The notes: a model not told the origin generated them from the sequence alone. Positions 18,761 through 27,642 are shown, numbered from the stretch's first letter. The stretch: DNA of 64,000 bases from an uncultured virus (IMG/VR IMGVR_UViG_3300041411_000304) (IMGVR_UViG_3300041411_000304), one strand, 5' to 3'. Translations and numbers: made by a program.

Positions 18761-18988
18761 TCACTCGTTGGTGATGGTGATGTCGTAGCCGGCGTCAGCC
18801 AGGGTGCCGAGGATGCCGCGATCATCGACCAGGCCCATCAGGCAGGTGTATTCGTGGTTGGAGATTTCGACGCTGGCCCACTGGTCAACGATCATGAAGA
18901 GGTGAGCTTCAGCACCGATGAAGTCCGGGCCGCTGGCTTCGAACTCACGGGACTCTTTGGCGTTCTTGGCGGTGATCTTGGTGGTCAT
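18761..18988 (-). CDS. small paralogue family member 5
   Basis: MTTKITAKNA...FEASG...LADAGYDITI. Confidence 0.75.
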   Translation of the reverse strand: MTTKITAKNAKESREFEASGPDFIGAEAHLFMIVDQWASVEISNHEYTCLMGLVDDRGILGTLADAGYDITITNE

Positions 18989-19132
18989 CTTTCTGATCCT
19001 TTCTGGTTCTGGTCAGCTTTATTGCCTTCCAGTGGACATAGTATCGCGCTCCCAGGAATGGAAGGCAACATTTATTTCAGCAGAATCGAGAGAAAGTTGA
19101 AGGCGCCCGAATCGCTCCGGGCGCCTGGTCGA

Positions 19133-19387
19133 TCATTCCTTGTAGACGTCGATGGCAAGACTGAAGCCGTCGCGCACAAGCCAGGACACGGCGCCCATGG
19201 CGGTCATCTCATCCAGCATCTCGTCATACGACTCGTTGTCGGTGCAATTCTCATTGAGGAACTCATCTACAACGTCATACAGGCGCTTGACGGCCTCTTC
19301 ATAGTCCTGGCCAACGACGTCGAAAACGGCGACGACTTGCGGGTGGGTGCCCTCGGTCATCTTGGAAGCGGTGATTTTGACTGGCAT
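19133..19387 (-). CDS. small paralogue family member 6
   Basis: MPVKITAS...FDVVGQDYEEA...WLVRDGFSLAI. Confidence 0.75.
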   Translation of the reverse strand: MPVKITASKMTEGTHPQVVAVFDVVGQDYEEAVKRLYDVVDEFLNENCTDNESYDEMLDEMTAMGAVSWLVRDGFSLAIDVYKE

Positions 19388-19474
19388 CTTTCTGGTCCTT
19401 TCTAGCCTGGAGGCGGAATGCCTTCCAGTGGACATAGTATCGCCTGGCTAAAAGTGGAAGTCAAGCGCCCTGGA

Positions 19475-19726
19475 TCAAAAGGACTTGGCCGGGTGATATC
19501 CGATGCTGAAGGAGTAGCGGAGGTCAAAGAGAAACCCCATCACGCCATCGCGCTCAATGGACTTAACCGCGTGGTCCATGCCAATGTCATCGTACTGGGT
19601 CTGCAAATGACGGAGGACTTCTAAGCGCAACTGCTCTTCTGCCTCTTTGAGCGTCTGGCCCTCGGAATTGTAACTGGCAGACGTCTCGTGTGGGCCGCGA
19701 GCCTCTATGCTGATGTTGAGTTTCAT
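19475..19726 (-). CDS. small paralogue family member 7
   Basis: ISIEAR...EGQTLKEA...FLFDLRYSFSI. Confidence 0.65.
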   Translation of the reverse strand: MKLNISIEARGPHETSASYNSEGQTLKEAEEQLRLEVLRHLQTQYDDIGMDHAVKSIERDGVMGFLFDLRYSFSIGYHPAKSF

Positions 19727-20017
19727 GACGTTCATTCCGATTGGTTGAAGTGGAGTGAATAGCACCAGACCGCCCGTCCGCCAATCCTTCTGACATTACC
19801 GGAACGGCCCAGCGCGACTGAAGCCCGATTGCGGCCTGGCGTCAAGTGCCGGCCTCCATACCATGAACGCCCGCATCCGTTTGGGCGATCCGGACACTGG
19901 CAGCTATATGCGCCTTGGGTGCCCGCCTCGATGATCGACGGGAAGCGCCTGCCTGATGTCCGACCTAGTCAGTAGCTGGCGCTGACCATCCATGCGTCGC
20001 GGTCCTGCTGGTGCCGA

Positions 20018-20188
20018 TTATACCTGGCTTGATGAGGTCCGGATAGCAATCGGAATGAGGCGCATGGGCGCGCGTTCGGTCTGTTCATCTCGGACATAGT
20101 CGCGCGTCGGCGTCCAGTCGACATGTCCACCTGGGCGTTTGATGGTCCATCCCATTGCGTTGCGCTTGTATTCTTGGTTATTAGTCAT
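20018..20188 (-). CDS. hypothetical protein
   Basis: MTNNQEY after AGGAG. Confidence 0.55.
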   Translation of the reverse strand: MTNNQEYKRNAMGWTIKRPGGHVDWTPTRDYVRDEQTERAPMRLIPIAIRTSSSQV

Positions 20189-20285
20189 CGGGCTTCTCCT
20201 GGCCACAGAACGCGCTACGCCCGCAGCAATTGCCGAGGGCGTAGGGTAGACCAGGGAAGAGGGACGGAAGTTCTAGGATCGTGTC

Positions 20286-20630
20286 CTATGGGCTCCTGGG
20301 CGGGGCTTTCGGGGCTTTCGGTGGGGTCTCGGGGCGCTCGGTCCTCGGCATCGAGGCAGATGCCGCGAGCGAGTTGTGTCCGATGGTGTTGAGAGATGCC
20401 TCATGTCTGACGAACCAGTCAATGGCGTCCGATTCTCTGCCTACGCACAGACGACAAAGGAAGCGAGTGAGACGTCCAGGCAGCAACTGGTCGGCCTCCA
20501 GAATTTTGGTCTTCCAGATTGGCTCCAGCCGTACCTGGTAGGCGCACGCAGCACAAGTGCACCAGGTGAATATCGGCAGTACCAGACTCACCCGGATGTA
20601 GGATCGATCCTCCTTCTGCTTGCGCCTCAT
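20286..20630 (-). CDS. Cys-rich hypothetical protein
   Basis: CxxC motifs; ATGA overlap. Confidence 0.55.
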   Translation of the reverse strand: MRRKQKEDRSYIRVSLVLPIFTWCTCAACAYQVRLEPIWKTKILEADQLLPGRLTRFLCRLCVGRESDAIDWFVRHEASLNTIGHNSLAASASMPRTERPETPPKAPKAPPRSP

Positions 20631-21235
20631 TCCGACAGCCTCCGCTCCAGCTCCAGAGTCTCACCCCAGAAGAAAGAACGGAAAATGCCCTGGTTGCTGA
20701 TGGTGGAAGTCATCGTCAAACGAACGACGCAACCGTCCACGTGCTGGACAGACTTCACGACCAGGCGCGGCTCGCCATCGGGACCGCGCAGGACGACGTC
20801 GCCGGCCTTGATGAGTTCGACAAGCCTAAAACGCCTTGGATCGGCCTGGATGAAGCTGGTGGCCATCTCAAAAGCTTTGACGGGCTGTCCATCGGCATCG
20901 GTCACAACGGACCGATTGGCCGGAACCTGGATGGACGGGGCGCGCGGAGTCGGATGGAAGGATGCAATGGCCTCTGCTTCCGGGTCGTTGCCTTTGGCAG
21001 GCTCGCCTCCTTCCAGGTGGAGTGTGTTGATGACCGAGTTGGCGTTGAGCTCGAATTGGCAAGGGCTCAAATCGTCGGCATTCTTGCCTTTGATCAGAAT
21101 GTTGTTTGTGCCCTTCACCATCTGAACGCTTTCAACCAGAATCCGAGCCACAGCTTTTGACGTCGCCACTTGGATCAGGCTTCCGCGCTGGACATCAGCA
21201 GCAAAAGCGCTGCTGGCGTTATGTTCCTTGGACAT
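20627..21235 (-). CDS. protein with two KOW/SH3-like modules
   Basis: AADVQRGSLI and ELIKAGDVV modules. Confidence 0.65.
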   Translation of the reverse strand: MSKEHNASSAFAADVQRGSLIQVATSKAVARILVESVQMVKGTNNILIKGKNADDLSPCQFELNANSVINTLHLEGGEPAKGNDPEAEAIASFHPTPRAPSIQVPANRSVVTDADGQPVKAFEMATSFIQADPRRFRLVELIKAGDVVLRGPDGEPRLVVKSVQHVDGCVVRLTMTSTISNQGIFRSFFWGETLELERRLSE

Positions 21236-21236
21236 C

Positions 21237-21749
21237 TCAATTCTCCTTGGTGAATGCGGTACGGTCAACGGTACGCTCGCCAATGACTAGCGTGAACCAT
21301 TCAGGGTTAATCTTGCTATTGGCTCCTAGCCGGTGCATTGGTTCATACGCCCACCTGCCTTTGGCGTTACGCTTCCACAGAGAGCCATCTTGGCCAGACA
21401 GAGAGAATTGCGTGCCTTTCTTCCAGCTGGCGCCGGTGAGATCGCTGAACCCGGCCAACTTGGACCGGAGGACGATGATGCGCCCGAAGTGGTTGGCGTA
21501 GGCATAGAGGTCGGCACACGGCAGGTTGAACAAGCCGTCTTGGAAGGCTATGCGCGCGTGCTCGGCAATGCCACGGTCGCAGTGGCCGTAGTCCTCCATG
21601 AACCGTTCAACGACCGCAAACGGATCGGCCTTCAGATAGGCGACGCAGTTGACGAAGTCGCGACGGACGAAGTCGCCATAGTAGTCGCCCAGCGATTTGG
21701 TGATGTCCGACTGGATGTTAACATTTGTCTGGATGGCGTTGAAAGACAT
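21237..21749 (-). CDS. hypothetical protein
   Basis: ORF with GAGG RBS. Confidence 0.65.
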   Translation of the reverse strand: MSFNAIQTNVNIQSDITKSLGDYYGDFVRRDFVNCVAYLKADPFAVVERFMEDYGHCDRGIAEHARIAFQDGLFNLPCADLYAYANHFGRIIVLRSKLAGFSDLTGASWKKGTQFSLSGQDGSLWKRNAKGRWAYEPMHRLGANSKINPEWFTLVIGERTVDRTAFTKEN

Positions 21750-21806
21750 GCGCACCTCTTCTTGTTGGAACGGAAAGGCGCCACCTCGCGGCAGCGCCCT
21801 GGTCGG

Positions 21807-22019
21807 TTAGCGGGAGGTCAGGAGCATCCAGTCAGAGGCGCCGAACTTCACTACCTCGTCGGTGTCGGTGGCTTCGTCGTGCATTTCCAGGATGACCTTG
21901 GTGCCTTCGCGGGTGACGCTGAGGACTTGGCGAGCGTGCCACTGGCCCTTGGCGCGATAGCGGATTTTGTCGCCGGTGGTGGCTTCCAGAGCGGTGATGC
22001 TACGGGCGTTCATGTCCAT
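21807..22019 (-). CDS. KOW/SH3-like small protein (frame stays open upstream to 22484)
   Basis: ALEATTGDKI...KFGASD; own RBS and promoter TTGCCC-17-TAGAAT at 22064-22092. Confidence 0.65.
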   Translation of the reverse strand: MDMNARSITALEATTGDKIRYRAKGQWHARQVLSVTREGTKVILEMHDEATDTDEVVKFGASDWMLLTSR

Positions 22020-22483
22020 TTCTGCTTTCCTTTCTTGAGGTGGAGCGGTGGGTTGATGAGGTGATTCTACTTGGACACCGGTGTCCGGGCAAGCAGAATG
22101 TTCATCTTTTTTGAAATATTCTGCGCACGCTTCGGCGCTGCTAGGAAATCTGAACTTTTCGATATCCATCGAGGTCCAGCCGAACACGCGCCACAACGGC
22201 ACGCCAAGGTGGTTGCCATCGAATCGATCTTTGAGGCCATTCGTTCTTGGGTCCAGGCACGGCGCTGCCGGTTCGCCCAGTCCTTCGAATTTGGGAGGCG
22301 CGTCTGCACGACCAAAGAACAACAGGCGCTGCATCTCCGGCGTGAGTTCGGCAAAGTCCAGGCCGGAGATTGGAGTTGTTGAACTCCGGCAGTTAGGGTG
22401 CATCGGAGGACGGCTGGCGCGCTCCGCAGCCTTCTCGCGTTCGCGCCTGGCGATGTACGGCCTGATGTCGGTGACCTTCGCCA

Positions 22484-22663
22484 TCACCAATTCCCTCCAG
22501 CGGTGGAGGCATCGCCAAAGTAGCATGGTCCACACATTCTGGACTTGCCAACTGTCGGAGTCGCCGCGCAACACATACACTCGGCATCGTAGTTGTGGGC
22601 CATGGATGGCCGGCGCTCTGGCCGGTCCTCCTTCCTGGCGTTCGGTTTGCGCTTCTTGGCCAT
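22484..22663 (-). CDS. small Zn-finger-like protein
   Basis: CMCC...CGPC; TGATG couplings. Confidence 0.6.
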   Translation of the reverse strand: MAKKRKPNARKEDRPERRPSMAHNYDAECMCCAATPTVGKSRMCGPCYFGDASTAGGNW

Positions 22664-22815
22664 CACACAGCCTCCCACACCAGGTTGGCGGAGCGGTCGT
22701 GAGCCTCGTTGGACGCCCAGAACACCTTCTTGCCCAGGCCGTCGATCTTGGAGAAGACGAAGCGTGCGCCATTGGCCTTGGCCCATTTGATGGTAGCGGT
22801 CTTGGAGTGGATCAT
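22663..22815 (-). CDS. hypothetical protein
   Basis: MIHSKTA after GGAG; TTGCCT-17-CATACT promoter upstream. Confidence 0.6.
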   Translation of the reverse strand: MIHSKTATIKWAKANGARFVFSKIDGLGKKVFWASNEAHDRSANLVWEAV

Positions 22816-22892
22816 TCTGGGTTGCTCCGGTTTCGTTTCAGGTGAGACAAGTATGCCTGCCATCCAAATGGAAGGCAAGCGCTGATGTTCAC

Positions 22893-23234
22893 TTATTTGA
22901 CGATGGGCATCGCCAGAATGGCTTCGCGGAGTTCGATGGCCTGGACCATACGCGCTTCCAGAGCAGCGGCTTGGGCGTCGGTCAGGTAGGAGCGGATGGC
23001 GATGGTCTTGCGGGCATTCCAGACCGGCTTGCCGGTGACCAGGCGGGCGCGGGCACTTTCTTCGGCATCGGCACCCTTGGCCTCGAACACGGCAGCCAGA
23101 ATTTCCTTCTCAACGCACTGGAATGCCCACTTGGCCTGGTCCGCAGCCTCTTGACGGTCGGCCTTGGTCTTGAAGGAGCCGGCAGCAGAGTTGGTCTTGG
23201 CCAGGTTCATGTAGACTTCGAAGGTGTAGATCAT
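22893..23234 (-). CDS. hypothetical early protein
   Basis: Own promoter TTGACA-17-TAAGAT. Confidence 0.7.
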   Translation of the reverse strand: MIYTFEVYMNLAKTNSAAGSFKTKADRQEAADQAKWAFQCVEKEILAAVFEAKGADAEESARARLVTGKPVWNARKTIAIRSYLTDAQAAALEARMVQAIELREAILAMPIVK

Positions 23235-23310
23235 TTCGGTGACTCCGCTTTCTGGTTAAGATGGGAGTATCTTACGACACTCCCAATCGGGTGTCAACAT
23301 TTATTCTCAC

Positions 23311-23562
23311 TTAATCGAATTTGGACCTGGCGATTATGGCCATATTCTCTTCCATGTACTTCTTGGCCATGGCCTTCTGGCTTTCATAAGCCTCGGTGGC
23401 CATGGCGATGTCCGATTTCATCGCCTCAACGTTGCGCCCGGTCACGCTGACGTTCTGCATCACGGCCACGAACTCGGCACCAGCCCTTGCCAGCATGGCA
23501 TTGTAGGTGGCTGTGACGTTCAGGGTGGCTTCCAGCTGGGTGCCTTTGGCTTGGTTGCTCAT
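23311..23562 (-). CDS. hypothetical early protein
   Basis: Own promoter TTGCCG-17-TATAAT. Confidence 0.7.
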   Translation of the reverse strand: MSNQAKGTQLEATLNVTATYNAMLARAGAEFVAVMQNVSVTGRNVEAMKSDIAMATEAYESQKAMAKKYMEENMAIIARSKFD

Positions 23563-23628
23563 TTCGGCTTACTCTTTCTGGTGGATGTGAGCGAATTATA
23601 ATGCACATCCACCAGCTCGGCAAGCACC

Positions 23629-24096
23629 TTAGCTGATCTTTTTGATCCTCACCTCATATCCGAGTTCCACCAGGTGCTTGGTGAAGGAATCGGAGCTGAC
23701 GAAGCGCCCACGGATGGCCGAGGCGTCATGCATCCTCTGGTAGAGGTCGCGCAGCGCATAGTATTGCGTATGGCCTTCGCCGTGGCCCATCTCGGTGCCG
23801 TTGGCGTTGTATATCTTGACTTGGATTGGCATGGGGTCGGCCTCCTTTGGTGGATTCCTGGTGAGTGGCGCGACGTCCTGGGCGTACCATGGGCCGCGAT
23901 GGTGTGAGACGGCATGGTATAGCCGAAGCTCCAGCCGGTCGCGGCAATACTCCAGGGCGCGCGGTTTTGGGTTCTTTGGCAGGCGCTCGGCCAGTTCGTA
24001 CCGGCGTCCGTCCGTCTTGAAGAGCAGCACGAGCGTGTCGCGATTGGACACGCTCCAGCGCTTCCTGCCTTGGGAAAGCCAGGGCTTCTCAAACAT
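23629..24096 (-). CDS. hypothetical protein; internal start at 23832 gives a possible dispersed 8th paralogue
   Basis: AAGGAGG before MPIQVKI; ends LVELGYEVRI. Confidence 0.6.
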   Translation of the reverse strand: MFEKPWLSQGRKRWSVSNRDTLVLLFKTDGRRYELAERLPKNPKPRALEYCRDRLELRLYHAVSHHRGPWYAQDVAPLTRNPPKEADPMPIQVKIYNANGTEMGHGEGHTQYYALRDLYQRMHDASAIRGRFVSSDSFTKHLVELGYEVRIKKIS

Positions 24097-24265
24097 CAGC
24101 GCGACTCCCGCAGGACGAATAGAGGATCAGGACGGCACACACCGCCATGGTCACGAAGGCGACATTCTCAACCACGTCGACCGTCCTGGTCCGGGCATCG
24201 CTCGCCGCGCAACCGGACCAGACGATGTACGCAACGAGGCCGACGATGAAGGCGATGCCGCCCAT
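24089..24265 (-). CDS. small two-TM membrane protein (58 aa, not in ORF track)
   Basis: MGGIAFIVGLVAYIVW...AFVTMAVCAVLILY. Confidence 0.55.
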   Translation of the reverse strand: MGGIAFIVGLVAYIVWSGCAASDARTRTVDVVENVAFVTMAVCAVLILYSSCGSRADV

Positions 24266-24657
24266 CAGCGCACCGCCTTGCTCAGACGCACCAGGTCGTC
24301 AGCTCGGAAGATGCGGGCCTGCAGGAGCGTGTAGTGCGGGTCACGGAACACCAGCTCAGTGAGGGCGCGACCTTCGCGCGGGAAGGTGTGGACGTCGACA
24401 AGGCGGACGTCACCCCAGGTTTCGTCGCAGATGACGTCGCCCACTTCAAGCTCGCAAGCTTGGAGGAAGCTGGCGCGTATTTCCACCTGGGTGACTTCGC
24501 CAAAGTGAAGACCGGAGCGTCCGATGAACAGGGCCACCTCTCCTTCGTTCTGGAACTCCTTGTGGCTGACAGCGCGGAAAGTGCCGTCCTGCAGCAGAAG
24601 CTCCATCCCTACGCGAACTTCCTTGGCGGTGAAGCGGGCGGTGATCTGGTTCATCAT
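24265..24657 (-). CDS. tandem EF-P-domain-I-like KOW protein
   Basis: TAKEVRVG.. and ACELEVGD...PREGRA...IFRADD. Confidence 0.65.
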   Translation of the reverse strand: MMNQITARFTAKEVRVGMELLLQDGTFRAVSHKEFQNEGEVALFIGRSGLHFGEVTQVEIRASFLQACELEVGDVICDETWGDVRLVDVHTFPREGRALTELVFRDPHYTLLQARIFRADDLVRLSKAVR

Positions 24658-24836
24658 TTGAACTCCTTGGCAAACTTGGCTTTGAGGACAACGAGACGGT
24701 GCTTGACGGCCAGCATTGCTTCACCGCGCAGGCCTTCCATCTCGGCATCGCGGATGTCGAAGACGGCGCTGCGGATTTGGTCGTTCAGTTCTGCGCGGCG
24801 AGCTTCGCGGGCTTCGTAGTTCATTTCAGTCACCAT
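24654..24836 (-). CDS. hypothetical protein
   Basis: Downstream of TTGCCT-17-CATACT promoter; start uncertain. Confidence 0.55.
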   Translation of the reverse strand: MVTEMNYEAREARRAELNDQIRSAVFDIRDAEMEGLRGEAMLAVKHRLVVLKAKFAKEFK

Positions 24837-24886
24837 TTCGTTGGAAGTGAGGCTAGTATGCCTCACATCAGAATGGAAGGCAACAC

Positions 24887-25126
24887 TTATTTCGGCAGAT
24901 AAGCGTTCAGGTGCTCGCGACCTTTGGTGATGCGACGAAGCTGAATGCAGAACTTGCGGCAGGCATATGGCGCCTCGTCAGCGTAGAATTCGATGATGTT
25001 TTTGATGTTGGCGACACCGGAGTGGCTGAGGTGGATGGCCCGGAGGACCGGACGGCCACGACGCTCTGCAGCGACCTCGATGCTGATGGTATCGCCTTCC
25101 TTGTACTGCCATTTTTGATTTGCCAT
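24887..25126 (-). CDS. hypothetical protein
   Basis: GGAG RBS; own promoter. Confidence 0.6.
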   Translation of the reverse strand: MANQKWQYKEGDTISIEVAAERRGRPVLRAIHLSHSGVANIKNIIEFYADEAPYACRKFCIQLRRITKGREHLNAYLPK

Positions 25127-25190
25127 TTCATCTCTCCGAAATAAGTGGAAGTGAGGCTATTATGAACGCCTCACTTCCATTCGGCAACAC

Positions 25191-25478
25191 TTATTTGTGC
25201 TTTTGTTGCCGGCCATTTGAGCCGTTGACTTCATCGTCAAACCGCAGCTCACAGAGGGCGTCCAGCTCGGCCTCGGTTTCCACGCGGATGTTTTCGATGG
25301 CCTGCTCATACTTCTGGATGGCCAGTTCGATGTCCTTCTTGGCCAGGGCGTCCGGCTTCTTGCTGGAGCTGATGCTGTGGATTTCGTCCGAAAGGTCGAA
25401 ACCGGCTTTGCCGACACGAAAGTTCATTTGCAGAACGATAGCAGCGATGGCGTTAGCACGTTTGGTGAACTTGATCAT
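25191..25478 (-). CDS. hypothetical protein
   Basis: AAGGAG RBS. Confidence 0.7.
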   Translation of the reverse strand: MIKFTKRANAIAAIVLQMNFRVGKAGFDLSDEIHSISSSKKPDALAKKDIELAIQKYEQAIENIRVETEAELDALCELRFDDEVNGSNGRQQKHK

Positions 25479-25632
25479 GGTGAGTCTCCTTTGCGACGTT
25501 TATGTGCGCCGCGCTTTCTGATGGATTTGCCCCCAAATCACAACTCTTCACTCCAGCGGTCTTCACTTCCCGCTGATCTGATACTAGCTCAGATCAGCGG
25601 AGCCGGCAAGGTCCATTGTGCCGAAATTTTGC

Positions 25633-26037
25633 TTATTGGTTCAGGCTGGCCAGATAATCCTCCAGACCGGCCTCCTTGATGGCCAGCAGCTTGGCGACTT
25701 TGATGGAGGCCGCGAACTCGGCACGGATGGCCTGGCCCAGCTCGCCGTCACGACGCTCCGCATAGGGGATATCGTGATACTTGGTACGCTCGGTGACGGC
25801 TTCGCGAGCAGCCTTGATGACTGCCACCAGGCCATCGCGGACGTCCAGGTCAACGACTTCGAAGGTGGAGCAAGTGCCTTTGGACTTCTCGTGGGCCATC
25901 ACCGCATCGACCTCGGAGCGAGTCATGTCGCGAACGCTGCCGGTGGTCCAGTGGCCGGAAACCATGTCCTTGGAGTACACGCCGCCTTGAGGGGAGGTCA
26001 TCACTACAGCGAAACGGGTCTTGGTGGTGGTGATCAT
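25633..26037 (-). CDS. hypothetical early protein
   Basis: Promoter TTGCCG-17-CATACT upstream. Confidence 0.7.
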   Translation of the reverse strand: MITTTKTRFAVVMTSPQGGVYSKDMVSGHWTTGSVRDMTRSEVDAVMAHEKSKGTCSTFEVVDLDVRDGLVAVIKAAREAVTERTKYHDIPYAERRDGELGQAIRAEFAASIKVAKLLAIKEAGLEDYLASLNQ

Positions 26038-26206
26038 TTTCTTTCTCCGGGGCTTTCTGGTGGAAGTGAGGCTAGTATGCCGAAGCTCAGAATGGACGGC
26101 AACAATTATTTCACCTGAATGTTTATGAAGCCGACGAAAGGCAACATAGAACGTGGTGCGCCAGCCAGGTATACTCCGGCCAAAGCCTTATAGTTTGGAA
26201 GCCTCA

Positions 26207-27592
26207 ATGTTCCAATTGAACCCGTTCCTCAAACAGTTCTGGCGCACTAAAAGCCGGTACAAAGTCCTCTATGGAGGCCGCGCCAGCTCCAAGTCTCACG
26301 ACGCGGCTGGCATCGCCGTCTACCTGGCCGCCAACTTCACTTTGAAGTTTCTTTGTGCTCGCCAGTTCCAGAACCGTATCAGCGAATCTGTGTACACTCT
26401 GATCAAGGACAAGATCGAAAATTCAGAGTATCGTGGCGAGTTCCACATCACCAAAAACTCGATTATCCACAAGCGGACGCGCAGCGAATTCCTTTTCTAC
26501 GGTATTGCCAGGAACCTATCTGAGATTAAATCGACGGAAGGCGTCGACGTCCTCTGGCTGGAAGAGGCGCACTATCTTACCAAAGAGCAGTGGGAGGTGA
26601 TTGAGCCGACAATCCGTAAAGAGGGGTCGGAAATCTGGATCATCTTCAACCCGAATGAAATGGCAGACTTCGTCTACCAGCGCTTTGTGGTCGCGCCTCC
26701 ACCAAACACCGTCGTGAAGATGATCAACTGGAACGCAAACCCGTTCCTCAGCGAGACGATGCTGGATGTTATCCGTCACGCGTACATCGAAAACGACGAA
26801 GACGCACAGCACATCTACGGCGGCCAGCCAAAGACGGGTGGCGACCTATCCGTCATCAACCTCAAGTTCATCCTGGCTTCGCTGGATGCCCACATCAAGT
26901 TGGGCTGGGAGCCTGCCGGGCAGAAGCGTATCGGCTTCGACGTCGCGGACGATGGCCGAGACAAGAACGCCACCACCTATGCCCACGGCAACGTGCTTAT
27001 GGAGGTCGATGAGTGGGCCGGCTTGGAGGATAAGTTGCTGCAGTCATCTTCTCGCGTCTGGAACCTGGCCCGCGAGAAGGGCGCCAGCGTGACCTATGAC
27101 TCTATTGGCGTCGGCGCCCACGTCGGGTCGAAGTTCTCGGAGTTGAACGATGAGCATGGATCCAAATTCAAGCTTCCGTATGACCCATTCAACGCTGGCG
27201 GAGCGGTGATGGACCCGGATGCGATATTTATGAAGCTTCCGCACACCGAAATCACCAACAAAGACTATTTCTCGAACATCAAGGCGCAGATGTGGGTGGA
27301 CGTCGCAACCCGGTTCCGCAAGACCTATGAGATGATAGAGCACGGCAAGGTCTATCCGTTCGATGAGCTGATATCCATCAACACCGCGACCATTCCGAAG
27401 GACAAGCTAAACCAGCTCTGCCTGGAACTCGCGGCGCCTCGCAAAGACCTGGACAAGAACGGTCGCTACAAGGTCGAATCCAAGGACGATATGCGCGACA
27501 AGCGCGGCATCCAGTCACCGAACATCGCAGACTCCGCCATCATGGCGTTGGTCAAGCCGAAGCGGAAGCCTGCTGGGTTCTTCGACTTCTAA
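26207..27592 (+). CDS. terL: terminase large subunit (PBSX/Terminase_3 family)
   Basis: YGGRASSKS, WLEEA, IIFNP; nuclease GFDVAD and SPNIADS. Confidence 0.95.
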   Translation: MFQLNPFLKQFWRTKSRYKVLYGGRASSKSHDAAGIAVYLAANFTLKFLCARQFQNRISESVYTLIKDKIENSEYRGEFHITKNSIIHKRTRSEFLFYGIARNLSEIKSTEGVDVLWLEEAHYLTKEQWEVIEPTIRKEGSEIWIIFNPNEMADFVYQRFVVAPPPNTVVKMINWNANPFLSETMLDVIRHAYIENDEDAQHIYGGQPKTGGDLSVINLKFILASLDAHIKLGWEPAGQKRIGFDVADDGRDKNATTYAHGNVLMEVDEWAGLEDKLLQSSSRVWNLAREKGASVTYDSIGVGAHVGSKFSELNDEHGSKFKLPYDPFNAGGAVMDPDAIFMKLPHTEITNKDYFSNIKAQMWVDVATRFRKTYEMIEHGKVYPFDELISINTATIPKDKLNQLCLELAAPRKDLDKNGRYKVESKDDMRDKRGIQSPNIADSAIMALVKPKRKPAGFFDF

Positions 27593-27596
27593 AAAT

Positions 27597-27626
27597 GAAA
27601 GCCCCGGACGATGCCGGGGCTTTCTT
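27597..27626. terminator. bidirectional terminator
   Basis: GAAAGCCCCGG-ACGATG-CCGGGGCTTTC. Confidence 0.75.
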
Positions 27627-27642
27627 CTGCCAGGACTGGCGC

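Larger units (their letters stand above)
18614..19474 (-). repeat. three repeated intergenic cassettes (promoter + GAAAGGA(C/T)CAGAAAG leader; GGCGCC hairpin in two)
   Basis: 18614-18760, 18989-19132 and 19388-19474 share CCAGTG-ACA-AGTATCGC and TTG(C/A)CT-17/18-GATACT. Confidence 0.8.

Noticed and set aside
18614..19474. Integron attC cassette array
   Set aside because: The repeats are promoter/leader/hairpin modules without recognisable attC boxes, and no integrase is present.
20627..24657. Intein/Hint domains suggested by AxELxVGD motifs
   Set aside because: No N-terminal Cys/Ser block, TxxH or terminal HN; modules are too short.
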